The translations under genes and the position numbers were made by a program. From Sphaerodactylus townsendi (lineage: Eukaryota): a DNA stretch of 64,000 nt. The DNA is taken from NCBI RefSeq assembly GCF_021028975.2, contig NC_059435.1:29636001-29700000 (forward strand), written 5' to 3'. This document shows positions 40,289 through 51,904 of this stretch, in pieces. The notes beneath the pieces are model-generated. The model ran no database searches. It saw only the letters and a program-made list of their open reading frames with translations, and was not told where the DNA came from. How positions within the stretch are numbered: the stretch's first letter is position 1; each line of letters opens with the position of its first letter.

Positions 40289-41269
40289 CTGGATTCCGAT
40301 GAGGGGATGCCTCTTTCCCTCCATCTTTGCTCTACTTATCTCTGTGTAAATAAAACATATACTACAAAATTGCCATAAACCTTCAGTGTTCTCTCTGGAG
40401 AAATTACTTTGGAGCTTCTTGACAGTTGAAGTGGATCTCTCATGATAATATTTGATTTTCTGTAAGAAAAATTGCCCGGCCAAAAGCAGGATAATGCCTT
40501 GGTTTAGCTCAGAGCTTGGGCAACTCAGTTCACTGATGCCTTTTAATGGCCCTCTCTTCTGATCTGTCCCATTTATACCAAGCTAGTCTGTTTACCAAAA
40601 AAAACTCCATCCCTAAAGACATTAGCATCACATACTATGTATGGAAGATCCTCCGCATGGTACCAAGAATACCAATTACTTACATATTTAATGTGGTGAT
40701 ATTCCCTATGCAGCCTGTATGTACATCTGTATGTACATCTGACCATGAAACACCATCAGACAACTATTCCATGTGGCAAATTCTGTTTTTTTCCTGATTC
40801 CTGCTTCTAACTGCGTGTATTGTTTCAACAATGAAATAAGAAGGGCTGTCTTTTCGGTTTGTGAAAATGTCTAATGCTGGTTCTTCCTAAAGGCTGATTA
40901 TACACCCCTGTGTTGCTTTAGAGGTTGCTTTAGAAACCCCTTGTCGGCACTCAGAAAAAATTAGTAGCCACTTCTAGAGAAGTGGTGAGAACTGGTTGGA
41001 TCCCACCTCTGCATAAAGGTATATTCTGTGCTTCACAAAGGATGACAGCAAGATACCATGTGGAGAAAAACAGCCAAAGGTACCTCTGCCCAGCGACACA
41101 TCTGCAAGCTTGTCGGTCCAATCATGCTCAACTCTCCTTGCACACCTTCACTGGCGACCCACACAAGCTGGTGGGTTCTGCACTGTGCTGATATATGTAG
41201 TTCAACTGCATGCAAATGTGAAAAAAAATGCTCCCACGATTGACGTGAGCACTGGTTGGCATTCTCTTG

Positions 41270-42228
41270 CCATCTGGTTCCTTCCAGAAAGAAGTGGCTA
41301 GTCTGTTGCAGCAGGGTTCTGTCCTAGGCCCGGTGCTATTCCATGTTTTTACCAATGACTTGGGTGATGGAATAGAGGGCATGCTGATCACATTACGCCA
41401 AATTAGGAGGGGTAGCAATTATCCCAGAGGACAGGGTCAGAATTCAAAATGGCCTGAACAGATTTGAGAGTTGTGCAAAACCTAACAGAATGAATGTCAA
41501 CAGGAAGAAAAGGAGGGTACTACATTTAGGCAAAAAAAAAATGAAATACACAGATATAGGATGGGTGACCCCTGGTTTGACAACAGTTCATGTGAAAAGG
41601 ATCTGGGAGTCTTAGAAGACCACAAGCTGAACATGAGTTAATATTGTGATGTGGCAGCTAAAAAACCCAATGTGAACGTGGGTCACAGCGTTTGGCTCAT
41701 GAGAAGTCATAGTACCACTCTATTCTGCATTGGTCAGACCTCATCTGGCACGATATATTCAATTCTGAGCACAATAATTCCAGAAGAATATTGACAAGCT
41801 GTAGTGTGTTCGGACAAGTGCAAACAAGATGGGAAAAGGTCTGGAACCCATGCCTTATGAGGGAACTGGGTCTGTTTAGTCTGCAGAAGAAAAGGTGGTG
41901 ACATGAAAACCAGGTTGAAATATTTGAAGGGATGTCAGGTAGAAGATAGAACAAGCTCGTTTTCTGCAACTCCAGAGACTGAGACACAGATTAGTGGATT
42001 CAAATGGTGAGAAAAGAGATCCCATGTAAATATTTGGAGGGACTTCTTGAGGCAGTTCAGCAGTGGAAAACTCTGACTCAGACTGTGGTGGACTCTTCTT
42101 CTTTGGAGGTTTTTCACAAGAAACTGGATGGCCATCTGCCAGGAGTGCTCTGATAGTGTATCTGTGCATGGCAGTGGGTTGGACATGAGGGTAGCTGTGG
42201 TCTCTTCCAACTCTGATGATTCTATGAT
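41270..42228 (+). mobile_element. CR1 LINE 3' fragment
   Basis: QGSVLGPVLFHVFTNDLGDGIEGMLI RT motif; 3' end ccaactctgatgattctatgat. Confidence 0.85.
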
Positions 42229-42970
42229 CTCAAAGTCCAAGACAACCAATGGGGTTGTAGCCAGGTCAGTGTTTGTGGAGGGAATGAAAGAAAAACGGCA
42301 AAGTTCTCATCTTTTTGCTAACCTTTCAAGGAAATACAGCCCTTCAAATCCTCCCCAAAGCAACACAGAGACAAAATCAAGATCCAGTTTCACTAGGGAC
42401 AAGTAGCAAAAAACGGGCAATGTTGCCAATGAAAAGGGATAGCCGAAGTTCAAGGAAGCAGCCATTCCTGAGTTCCTGGAGACCCAATTATGGGGGGCTA
42501 GAGCCACTTGGCAGGGCTGAAATCCCAAGCACAAGCATGAACCCATAGGCAGTGGGGCCACTGGTCCCCCCAAGGCCATCATTGATTGGCAGCGCCTCTC
42601 TGGGGCCCATGTCGAGATCTCATAAGTCTGCCTCCCAAGCCTTGTTGTCTATGCTCTGCTCCACTCCCAACCCACAGCCCCCGGCCTTTGAGTGAGCTGG
42701 GTGAGGACTAGAAACAGCGCTTCTTCAGGGGTGGCAGCCCCCCTCCCCCCATGATGCTCAGCTGCCTTTCTTTGCACGCCTTCAGGGCCAGGCCAAAAGG
42801 CCTCTTTTCCCCCAGGCTTGGAGGAAGGGTTGAATCGTCTGCTCTGTTGGGGGCCTCTGATCCTGCTGAAGTCAAATGGCTTGTGCTTTGTGCTGTGGGC
42901 TTGGGCGGACTAAAGAAAGGTCTCACTCAACAACTCAGGATCTGTGTTGGGTGGAGATCTGGCCGCCTCA

Positions 42971-44515
42971 CCCCCTCCCACCCCCCAATCGCTAGATCCC
43001 TCCTGCCCCTAAAGCCCCTCCCCCTAGGGAAAAAGGAAAAGCCAGGCAGGTGGAGCCGGGTTGCTAAGCAATGGGACACGCCCTCCTTGGTAACATCACC
43101 CCCTGCTGGTTCTCTAGACCCCGGGTCGGTTGGTTTTCACTGTGCGTTTGTGATTGGCGAAGGAGCAGGAGGTGTTTGTCGTTAGTTGTTGATTGTTTAG
43201 TGAAGGAGGAGTTGTTTTGTTGGTTTGTTGGTTTCTAGGAATTCTGTTTGTTTGTTTGCATTTTATTAGTTTCTTTGTTGCTTGTATTTTATTAGCACAG
43301 TTAGTTTCTTCTTCATTTGTTTGTTTGTTTGTTGTTTGAATTTATTAGCGTAGTTTTTTCCTTAGTGTTTTTGAATTTTAGTGTATATTTAGTGTACATA
43401 GTGTATATTTTGTAAATACGTTTTCAGTTTAAAATTTGTTAGTGAGTTAGGTAATTAGTGAGTTAGGTAGTTAGAAAAAAAAATGCTCTCATGAAACACC
43501 TGAAAAAGTAAGTACCTAGGAAGCTGCCCCAAAGACGAGCGAGACCCCTGAGGGAATGGGGTCTGCTGGAAACTAGCAGGCCACTGTGAAGGGGGGGGGA
43601 GCTTCCTGCTGCTGTCCCTGCCTTCGGGTGTGGGGGAAACGATCCCTTTCATGCAGGCAGAGAGCCGAGCATGCTTAGAGGGACCCCACAGCCCCCTCCC
43701 GCCCCCCATTGCTAGATCCCTCCTGCCCCCAAATCCCACCCCCCATGGCTGAGGGGGGGAGGAAAAGCCAGGCAGGTGGAGCCCGGTTGCTAAGCGACGG
43801 TGCACACCCTCCTTGGTGGCATCACCCCCTGCTGGTTCTCTGGACCCCGGGTCGGTTGGTGAGCTCTGTGGGTTTGTGAGTGGCGGAGGAGCAGGAGGTG
43901 TTTGTTGGTTGTTATTGGTTGTTCATTGTTTAGTGCAGGAGGAGGAGTTGTTTTGTTGTTTTGTGTGAATTTTGTTTGTTTGCATTTTATTAGTTTCTTC
44001 TTGGTTTGTTTGTATTTTATTAGCGTAGTCAGTTTCTTCTTGGTTTGTTTGTTTGCATTTTATTAGTTTCTTCTTCGTTCGTTTGTTGTTTGAATTTATT
44101 AGCGTAGTTTTTTCCTTAGCGTTTTTGAATTTTAGTGAATATTTAGTGTACATAGTTAGTGTATATTTTGTAAATACGTTTTCAGTTTAAAATTTGTTAG
44201 TGGTAGGTAGTTAGTGAGTGAGTGAGTGAGTGAGTGAGTGAGTGAGTGAGTGAGTGAGTGAGTGAGTGAGTGAGTGAGTTAGGTAGTTAGAAAGAAAAAT
44301 GCTCGGGAAACATCTGAAAATGTAAGTACCTAGAAAGCTGCCCGAAAGGCGAGTGAAACCCTTGAGGGAATGGGGTCTGCTGGAAACTAGCAGGCCACTG
44401 TGAAGATGGGGGGGGGGGAGCTTCCTGCTGCTGTCCCTGCCTTCGGGTGTGTGGGAAACGATGCCTTTCATGCAGGCAGAGAGCCAGCATGCTTGGAGGG
44501 ACCCCACAGCCCCCA
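42971..44515 (+). promoter_or_regulatory. Tandemly duplicated promoter/first-exon module of the MROH-like gene (copies ~42971-43691 and ~43692-44515)
   Basis: Both copies share gctagatccctcctgcccc, an RFX-like box (43060-43072; 43786-43798), a long TG-rich tract, an ATG..ctgaaaa mini-exon with GTAAGT donor, and the same downstream intron start. Confidence 0.85.
44213..44279. repeat. (GAGT)n microsatellite just upstream of the MROH-like start codon
   Basis: Direct read; expanded in copy 2 only. Confidence 0.95.
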
Positions 44516-47500
44516 AACCACAGGTTCCAGCGAAATCCCCATTAGATGCCCACTGGAAACCATCCACAGGGCAGCCGAGCTGTGTCCATGAGACAGGGCT
44601 GGAGAGCGGGAGCAAGAGGAGACCACGGGGCCCACTCCTTACCTTCTCTGTGCTCTCTTCCAGGCTCCAACGCCTTCGGGCCAGATTTTCAAGAGGGAAG
44701 GTTGCCCCTCTGGCCCCGACAGACAGCGGACGGGAGGATGCAGGTGAGGACACATTCCAGGCACATGTGGCATTGCTGGTAGGGCGGGGAGGTGGAAGCG
44801 ACGAACCGGCTTGTGGAGCACAACCATCCCCAACCATCCCCGTCAGGGTCCTCTGGGGTGAGAGGGGCTGAAATCAGCCACAGCCACGAGCTGACCCAAG
44901 ACCCCAGGGAGAAGCCAGGCCTACCGTGCCTAAAGCTGCCAACAGCGACAGGTCCAATGGGCCCGACAGGGAGCTATTCCCTCAGCCAACCTCTGGGTGG
45001 AGATCACCCCTCAGGGCCTCTCAAGCACTGGCTGGAAACCCATCACCAGTCCGAGAGCCTGGCTGACAGGGCTCGGGGGGAGGAAGGAGTCCCTAAGCCA
45101 ACCCTGTGTCCTCCCTGTGTTCTCTCTGCAGCTGTCGCCCCGCCAGCACTGGTTGTGGCCGGCTACCTGAGTGGCAAGAAGGTAAACCTCCCATGGCAAA
45201 GGGGACAAGGGCCGTTCCCAGTGATTCAGCAGGCCCCAGGCGACGCAGAGGGACTCCTCAGAGGGGCTCCACTCCCTTCCTCTGGGCTGGCGTGTTTGCT
45301 TCCAGAGGGCTGCTGTCTGTCCAGGACACCCTGTGCTCTGAGCATCTATCAAGGCTCTCCCCAAAGGCTGGCAGGGCACACTGGGCCATCAGCCCCCAGG
45401 CAATCCCGACTGAGCCGGGCAGCCTTCCAGAGAACGAATTCGTTTCCAGCGATGCTGACAACTTCTCCGTTGTGGTGGAAACGCAGCTCCTACCCCCTGC
45501 CATGCAGCAGGGACCTGGGGGCTCCCCTCGCCCTGCTAACGACACCCCTCTTTCTCCTTGCAGGGGCCCAACCAGGAGCTGGCCTTCCTCCAGGCAGTGA
45601 GGGGTGTTTGCGAGGCCTGCAAGGGGAGGGGCCTCCGCACACTCCCCTTCAGCAAGCAGGCCATCGGGGAGGAGATCCTGGTGAGCGAGACCGAGGGCAG
45701 CGGGAAGGGCCGGGAGGAAGATCCCGTGAGGGCCCTGGGGGAAAGGCTTCCTTGCCTTCAGCCTCCAGTCGGAGGCTGTTTTACAGGGTTGTGTTGGTGG
45801 CTGGCAGACGCTTCACCAAGTGGGCCTTTCCCGATTGCCTTGGCGGAAGTCTGGGTCAAGGCACCTGAGCCGCCTGGAGCCTTTCTGCTCCAAGGACTTG
45901 TGCTCAGTCTGGCATTGCACGAGGGAGGGAGGGAGGGAGGGAGGGAGGGAGGGAGGGAATGTGGGGGCAGGAAAAGGCTGATGGAGCCCTGACCCTCTGC
46001 TTTGCCCCTTGCTCACTCCCAGGAAATCATGGAGGAGGACTTCTTCGACCTCTCGGAGACCTTTGTGGAGGCCATGGCAACCGTGAAAAAGTTGAGGTAC
46101 GTCTTTTTCAGAGAGCACCGTTGTCCACAGCAGTTGGACAGGAAGGAGCTGGGTGAGGCCTGAATGAAAGGCAGAGGAGGCCTCAGTGGGTGTGAGGACG
46201 GGTGAGGCGAGAGCCGCTACAAGGAAAAGAAGAGAGATCCCCCCTGAAAAGGGAAAGAGAGGTGGCTGGCCCGAGGGGGGCTCTCCACAGTCTGGAGGGG
46301 AGAATGAAAGGAGGACCCCCCGAACATTTAAGACAGAGATTTGCACACAGATAGCTGCACACAGACATGGAGGCTGGAGCTAGTAACCCTCCCCCAGGCC
46401 TCCACGCAGTGTGAGTTTGTACATCCTGGGGCCCAGCGGGGAGAAGGGAGGCGCCAGGAGGACCAGAGCATCAAAGGTTTGGGGATGACTTTCCCTCCCT
46501 TATGGCGTGGAATCTGATAACTGTCCTTCCCTCCTGACAGCCAGTTCCAGCCTCCACTGGGCACTGCTTTAAGAAGCTCCATCCTGGCCTGGGCTGTCCG
46601 GCTCATAGCGAGCGGGAGCCCAGGCCCAAACCAGCCCCACCATCTGGTAAGTTCAATGCCGACTGATCTCCTTGTCAAGGCGTGGCACAGTGGCCTGCCG
46701 GTCTTGGGGGCCTGGGGCCAGGTCTTTCCTGGAGTGCTGAGGAGCAGCTCAGGCAAGGCAGGAAAGGCCACTGGGACAGTATCGCTCTTTGGGTCCAGAA
46801 GGCTCGGGCCTGCTTGCAGCAGGAGGGGAACAGGCTGGTCTTCCAGGAGGGCGGTGGATTCAGCACACCCACACCAGCTCCATCTTCCTTTCAGGAGCTC
46901 CAGGAAAGGGCCGAGAAGGGCCTCCGGGAAATGCTGGAGCAGCTGCTGAGGGAGGACCAGTCTGCAGGGCACGTGGTGGGCCTCCTGGAAGTAAGTGTGG
47001 AGAAGACTAGGAGGGGGTGAAGGGAGGTCCCCGCTGAGGCTGCAGGGGCAAGCGGGAGGTGGCAGCTCCTCGGGGTCAGCAGAAACTGTACTGCACTCCC
47101 ACTGGGGCCCCATCTCGGCTGCTGGTTCAGGAATTCCTCCATGCTGGGTGCCTGATGGCCAGCATCCAATCAGGTTTCTTCATTTCAGTGGAATCCCCCT
47201 CCCAACCACTGCCAGCCCTCCTGGGGACAGCAATGCGCTCTGGTGTGGGATTTGGAGAACGTCCCTGGATTGAGGACTATCCGCACACGCAGTCCCCCAC
47301 CTGCAGCGTGAAGCGGTCCAGTCCAAGCTGCACTTTGCAGAGGGTTGAAATGGGCCCCCGGATTCCGGCTGGTGGAGAGTCCTCTGACCCTTTCCTCTCA
47401 GGGAGACCTCCTGCCGGAAAGAGCCAGCACCCCCCATCCGCCTGCTTGAGAACACAAAGTCAGGATGGCTGCAGGCAGCAACCCCACAGGGGCAGAGCCC

Positions 47501-49660
47501 CTGCTGAATAACACGCTGCTTGCTTCCACAGCACCTGGCCTACTGGCTACAGAGCAGCTGTCCTGCCACCCGATCCAGGGCTCCTCCCTCAGCAGCTGCC
47601 TCCTGCATTTTGCCGGCCGCCTGCCCTCCTTCAAGGTGAGTCCTCCACCCGCCTCTCCAAGGGCCACGGAGCAAAGCAAGAGAAGGGGGGGGGATCCCAA
47701 GCTCCTTTGCTTCAACTTGGGGAGGGGGAGCTGAGGACTGGGCCATCAGGCTTTCCCAACCAACCGTGGGGCATCCTCCCCTCTCTGCTAAGAGGAATAC
47801 TGTGGCAGGGGGCCGGGGTAAGATGGGGAAGGGGGCTGAAGCAAGCGGAGGGTGCTGGACTGGCTGGTGAGCAATGGAGGTCTTCTTTCTCCCTCACTGG
47901 GGGTGGGTTCAGCTGGGGAATTTCATGGGCCCCCGCTCCAGCCTCTCTTTGCCTCCGCCCCCATCTCCCACCCTGTGGATTCCTTGTCTCCAGCTGCCCC
48001 TTGTGCAAGTGGGTCTCCCGGGGTCTCCTGCCCACCTCTCAGGCGAGCCAGTGTCCCTTGGGGGCCAGAGCGTCTCCCACCTATGCCTTCCGGTTCTTTC
48101 CTCTCCCCACGCTGTGGACAGGCGGGACCAGGAGGCAGAAAGCTAACTGGTCAGAGCTGCTCTTCTCCCCGTGGATCAGCGAGCCGTTCCTTCTCTCCTT
48201 CTCTGTCTAGATCCAGGACAGCGCTGCCCTGGGGAACCTGCTGGTGCAGCTGGCTGTCTCCCTGGTCGACCCAAACACTGGGATCCGGGCACAGGTCAGG
48301 GAGACCCTGGGCCAGCTGCACAGGCTGCTGCAGTGCCAGCGGGGTAAATTACCAGGGCAGGATGAGGCCCGCTGTCTTTGCCGGAAGCCGGTCCCCACCT
48401 TTATGACCTCACTGGAACTGGGTCACGTCTTCTGGTCCCACTTCTTGCTGGAGGTCTCCTCCCTTCACATCGTCACAGTTCTTCATGGTGCTCTTCCCAC
48501 TGGTCCCCACAGCCCCATCACATATGCCCACTGAAAGGGCCAGTGAACACAGTGGAATACTCGGCTGGGCTCCCCTCACTGCCATGGCGAGGCGGGAGGT
48601 CTGGATTGGGCTGAGAGGCCCTCGTCTCAAGGGCAGTTCCCTGCTGAGGCGAGAGAGAGACCCCGAGCCAAGCAGCCAGAAAGAAGGCCGGCTGTTGTGT
48701 GTGAGGCAACCCAGGTCACCCCTCCTCTCTTCTCAGGGCTCCGCAAGAAGACCAGGGGCCCCCGCTGGGAAGAAAACCCAGGGCAGCCCTGGAAGGAGGG
48801 CTACTTGCACCTCCGCCATGTGGGTGAGGTAAGCGGGATCTCTGGTGGTGCTGGAAGGCACTCTCGTGAAAGGGAAGGGCCAAGAGGGGCCTCTGGATTC
48901 CCCCCCCCCCGGGCCAGGAAGGCCAAAGAGATAGATTGCCTTCTCCCTTGGCCTTAGCGAGGGCGCCCTCAAGGGCCATCCCTGGACTCTGGTCTGAATT
49001 CCGTGTCCCCTCAAAGTGCCTGGCCCTGCCTGGAAGAGAAGAGGGGTGTCCCTGCCTCAGGGAGTTTCAGGCCTCCATTTGGAAAGGGCGGGAGGCAGGC
49101 CAAAGAAGCCAGGCAGGAGCCCACCTGTCCGGGGAGGGAGGGAGGCCAGGGCAATTCCACCTCCACGGCTTCTACTGGGGCAGGGCAGGAGAGGACTCAA
49201 AGGCTGACTTCTTGATTGCAGGTGTTCCTGGGACACCTCACCCAGAAGCAGAAGGAAGCCTTCGCCCAGGCAGCATGGGGCAATGTGTCCCACCTGGCCC
49301 AGGACTGGGTGAGGGAGGGAAGCCTCGTCCTCCTGTACTCCGTCCTGGGCCAGGCCCACCATCTGCTGGAGGAGGAGGAGGTGAGCGGCTGGGGGAAGGA
49401 AACAGTGGTGCGGGGTGGGGGGTGGAGGAGATAGAGGGCAACATCCCAGCCGTGTGCTGGCAGAAAAAGGAGCCCTGGGATCACTGGGGGCTTTCTCCCC
49501 TCTTCTCCAGGAAGATGACTTCCAGATGAGCCTCTCTGCCCTCCTCTACAAGCTTTGGAAGGGCAGGGAGGCTCCTAGTGAGATCCAGGCGCTCCTGCCG
49601 AAGACTGGTAAGGCCACAGTTTCCACGGAAACGCGGGTGGGGAAAGAGGCAGGTCCTTAG
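44299..49660 (+). CDS. Maestro HEAT-like repeat (MROH-like) gene, 12 coding exons, ~394 aa if one 1-nt deletion is corrected; possibly a pseudogene
   Basis: Exons 44299-44321, 44664-44743, 45132-45181, 45564-45680, 46023-46096, 46541-46646, 46895-46990, 47532-47635 (frameshift), 48211-48343, 48737-48828, 49222-49380, 49511-49660. All introns are GT-AG and phases match except at exon 8. The helical peptides (ELAFLQAVRGVCEA..FSKQAIGEEIL; LREMLEQLLRED..LLEHLAYWLQS; LGNLLVQLAVSLVDPNTGIRAQVRETLGQLHRLL; VLLYSVLGQAHHLL) resemble sauropsid MROH-like proteins as recalled. Confidence 0.8.
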
Positions 49661-49699
49661 AGCCACCAAAGGAGCCAAAGGTGAAGCTCCACAACGACA

Positions 49700-50215
49700 C
49701 CTTTGAAAATGATGCTGTTTGGGGCAGATTCCAGCATTACTTGTTTAAACTAGGGAGCCCAGATTCTCCTTTTAAATCCACCTTAAAGCGAGAATCTGGG
49801 GTCCCTAGTTTAAATAATATTGAAAGTGATGCTGTTTTCCCCAATTGGGGGGATTGGATACAACACCATAAAATGTTTTCATAGCAGTAATAAAACATTT
49901 TGAAAGCATTTTGAAAATGTTTTCAAAAAAATTATTTCTGCTGTGTGGTATGGTCTATTGCTGTGTTCAGATTTGTGAGTTGGGGCATGTTCTAAAATGT
50001 GATGGTGACTTTGAAACGACCTGGTGTAAAAAATCATTATTTGGGTGGGAGAGGGCGGCTGTCCATGGGGGGGCACCAAACTCCAGTTTGCCCAGATATG
50101 CCACTGGGCGTAGCTACAAGGGGATCAGGGGGTGCGTGTTGCACTGGGCACACGCCTGGGGGGCATCAAACTCAGGTTTTGCCCAGGGCTCCAGTTTGAC
50201 TAGTTATGCCATTGA
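49700..50215. mobile_element. DNA-transposon-derived (hAT-like) fragment
   Basis: Ends in ttttgcccagggctccagtttgactagttatgccattg with an internal gatatgccactg; abrupt drop in GC after the MROH-like gene. Confidence 0.45.
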
Positions 50216-51904
50216 TTCAAGTAGCACTCCCCACAGACACATGATTCGCTCAGCAGTCGTGTTCTTCCTTGTCCTGATTGGCTGTCATGTTGTGTTGGGG
50301 CGGGACCTTTTTAAAAAAAATTTCACTCGCAGCCACGTGGTGATGTCACTATGTCACAATGTGGAGGTGCCGGACATTTTCATTGGCTATTGGGTCAGAG
50401 CGGGAACATTACTCCACCCCTTATTAAAAATGCCTAATTCATCTTGATTCATACTCCACCCCTGATTAAAAATTCATAATTCTTATTTTTGCTTTAACGT
50501 TCCAACGTGGATACATATGAACAATATTTGCTGAACATCTGGACCTGTGCACATTTGCACATCTGCTCATGCCCACACATCCACATGTCCTTGTTTCCAC
50601 GTGGTTATGCCCAACACGGCAAAAAAAAAAAGCTGTGCACGCATCGCGCACAGCCCACTGTGCGCTGATTGGCTGGAAAGCCATCGCGCCACTCCCAACG
50701 GCACGAAAACAAACGCACATGCAACTCCTGTCCCTCCCTTCAGATCCGGGTTCGGCGTGTGTTTTTTGAAAATGTTCACATTCATGCAGGTCCGGGAAAA
50801 AGTTGTGATGAGGGGTGGAATTAGCGACAGAACCAGGTTGAAGACAGGTTCAGCATGTAAGTGATGGGGAGCCCTTGCTCAAACTGCGTTTTTTGGCATG
50901 AATAGCACGTGTTTTATTGACGGTGGGGATTTGGACACTGTCTCCTTTGTCTCAGTAGCATTCCACATTCCCAGGCCTAAGCTAGATGAGATAGGGGAGA
51001 TCCATAAATGGGTCTACCTACAGATATCTCAAGCAGTTTTTATTGATTTTATTAAATAGTGTAGGAGGATTTGGAATTTCATTGGGGCAACCTATAGGCA
51101 ACATGCATGCTTCCTCCAGTAAAAAGGGTTTAAAAACCACATGTGTCTCCCTGATCTGAACCTTCTCCCCACTCCTATTTACCAATTTAAAATTTTCCAT
51201 TCTCAAAACTTCCACTACTTCATCCATGTTTGATTCTCAGACAGGTATCTTTCCCAGCATTGCTAAATGGGAGGTAAAACTGGTGCATGTGTCACTGGCA
51301 AAGCTAGCAGCCCTCTCCCTGTTAGTGGAGATCAATGAAACATGCTACCCTCTCAGATGCAAAGAAAATAGTTTCCAACATATACCCCAGGAAAACAACA
51401 TATGCCAGTCCGATAAATGTTCAGTTAAAAGTGGGGTGGGATGGAACGAGATCAAGATATAACAAAAAATAAAGATACAAAAATGAAGTTTGGTTTTGGG
51501 GGAGGCAGTCCATGCGTGTTTCTGCTGTCAGATTAGAACTCCAAAACTAACAAGACTTTGAGATTCAAATGAAGTAGCACAAAAGAGGACAACAAGGCTA
51601 CCTTTGAGTTTTAAAACCATTCATCCTTTACAAAGACGCATCCAAGCCGACATTGGTATCACATTTCCTTTTAGTTGAGACCATCCCTAAACATTTCTTC
51701 TTTTTCCCCTTAAACATAAGTGCATCCTGTCCTGGACTCAGAGACCTGGGGCGGTTTCTCAAGCCGCATCACAAACAAGTGATTTACCCAACAACACAGA
51801 TTCTCCAATATGCATCAAGACCCCCAGGATACATTGGCAGTGGGGAAAACGCCAGCGTTCACTGCCAAGTGAAATACGACTGTAAATGGAAACAAGTCTC
51901 ATAG

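Noticed and set aside
42708-42926. 72-aa minus-strand ORF ending LPPLKKRCF beside the MROH-like promoter
   Set aside because: Non-ATG start, no convincing splice context, no recognisable family.
44792-45868. 358-aa ORF, the longest in the window
   Set aside because: Low-complexity P/G/L translation of GC-rich introns. Only 45132-45181 (exon 3 of the MROH-like gene) is in a real coding frame.
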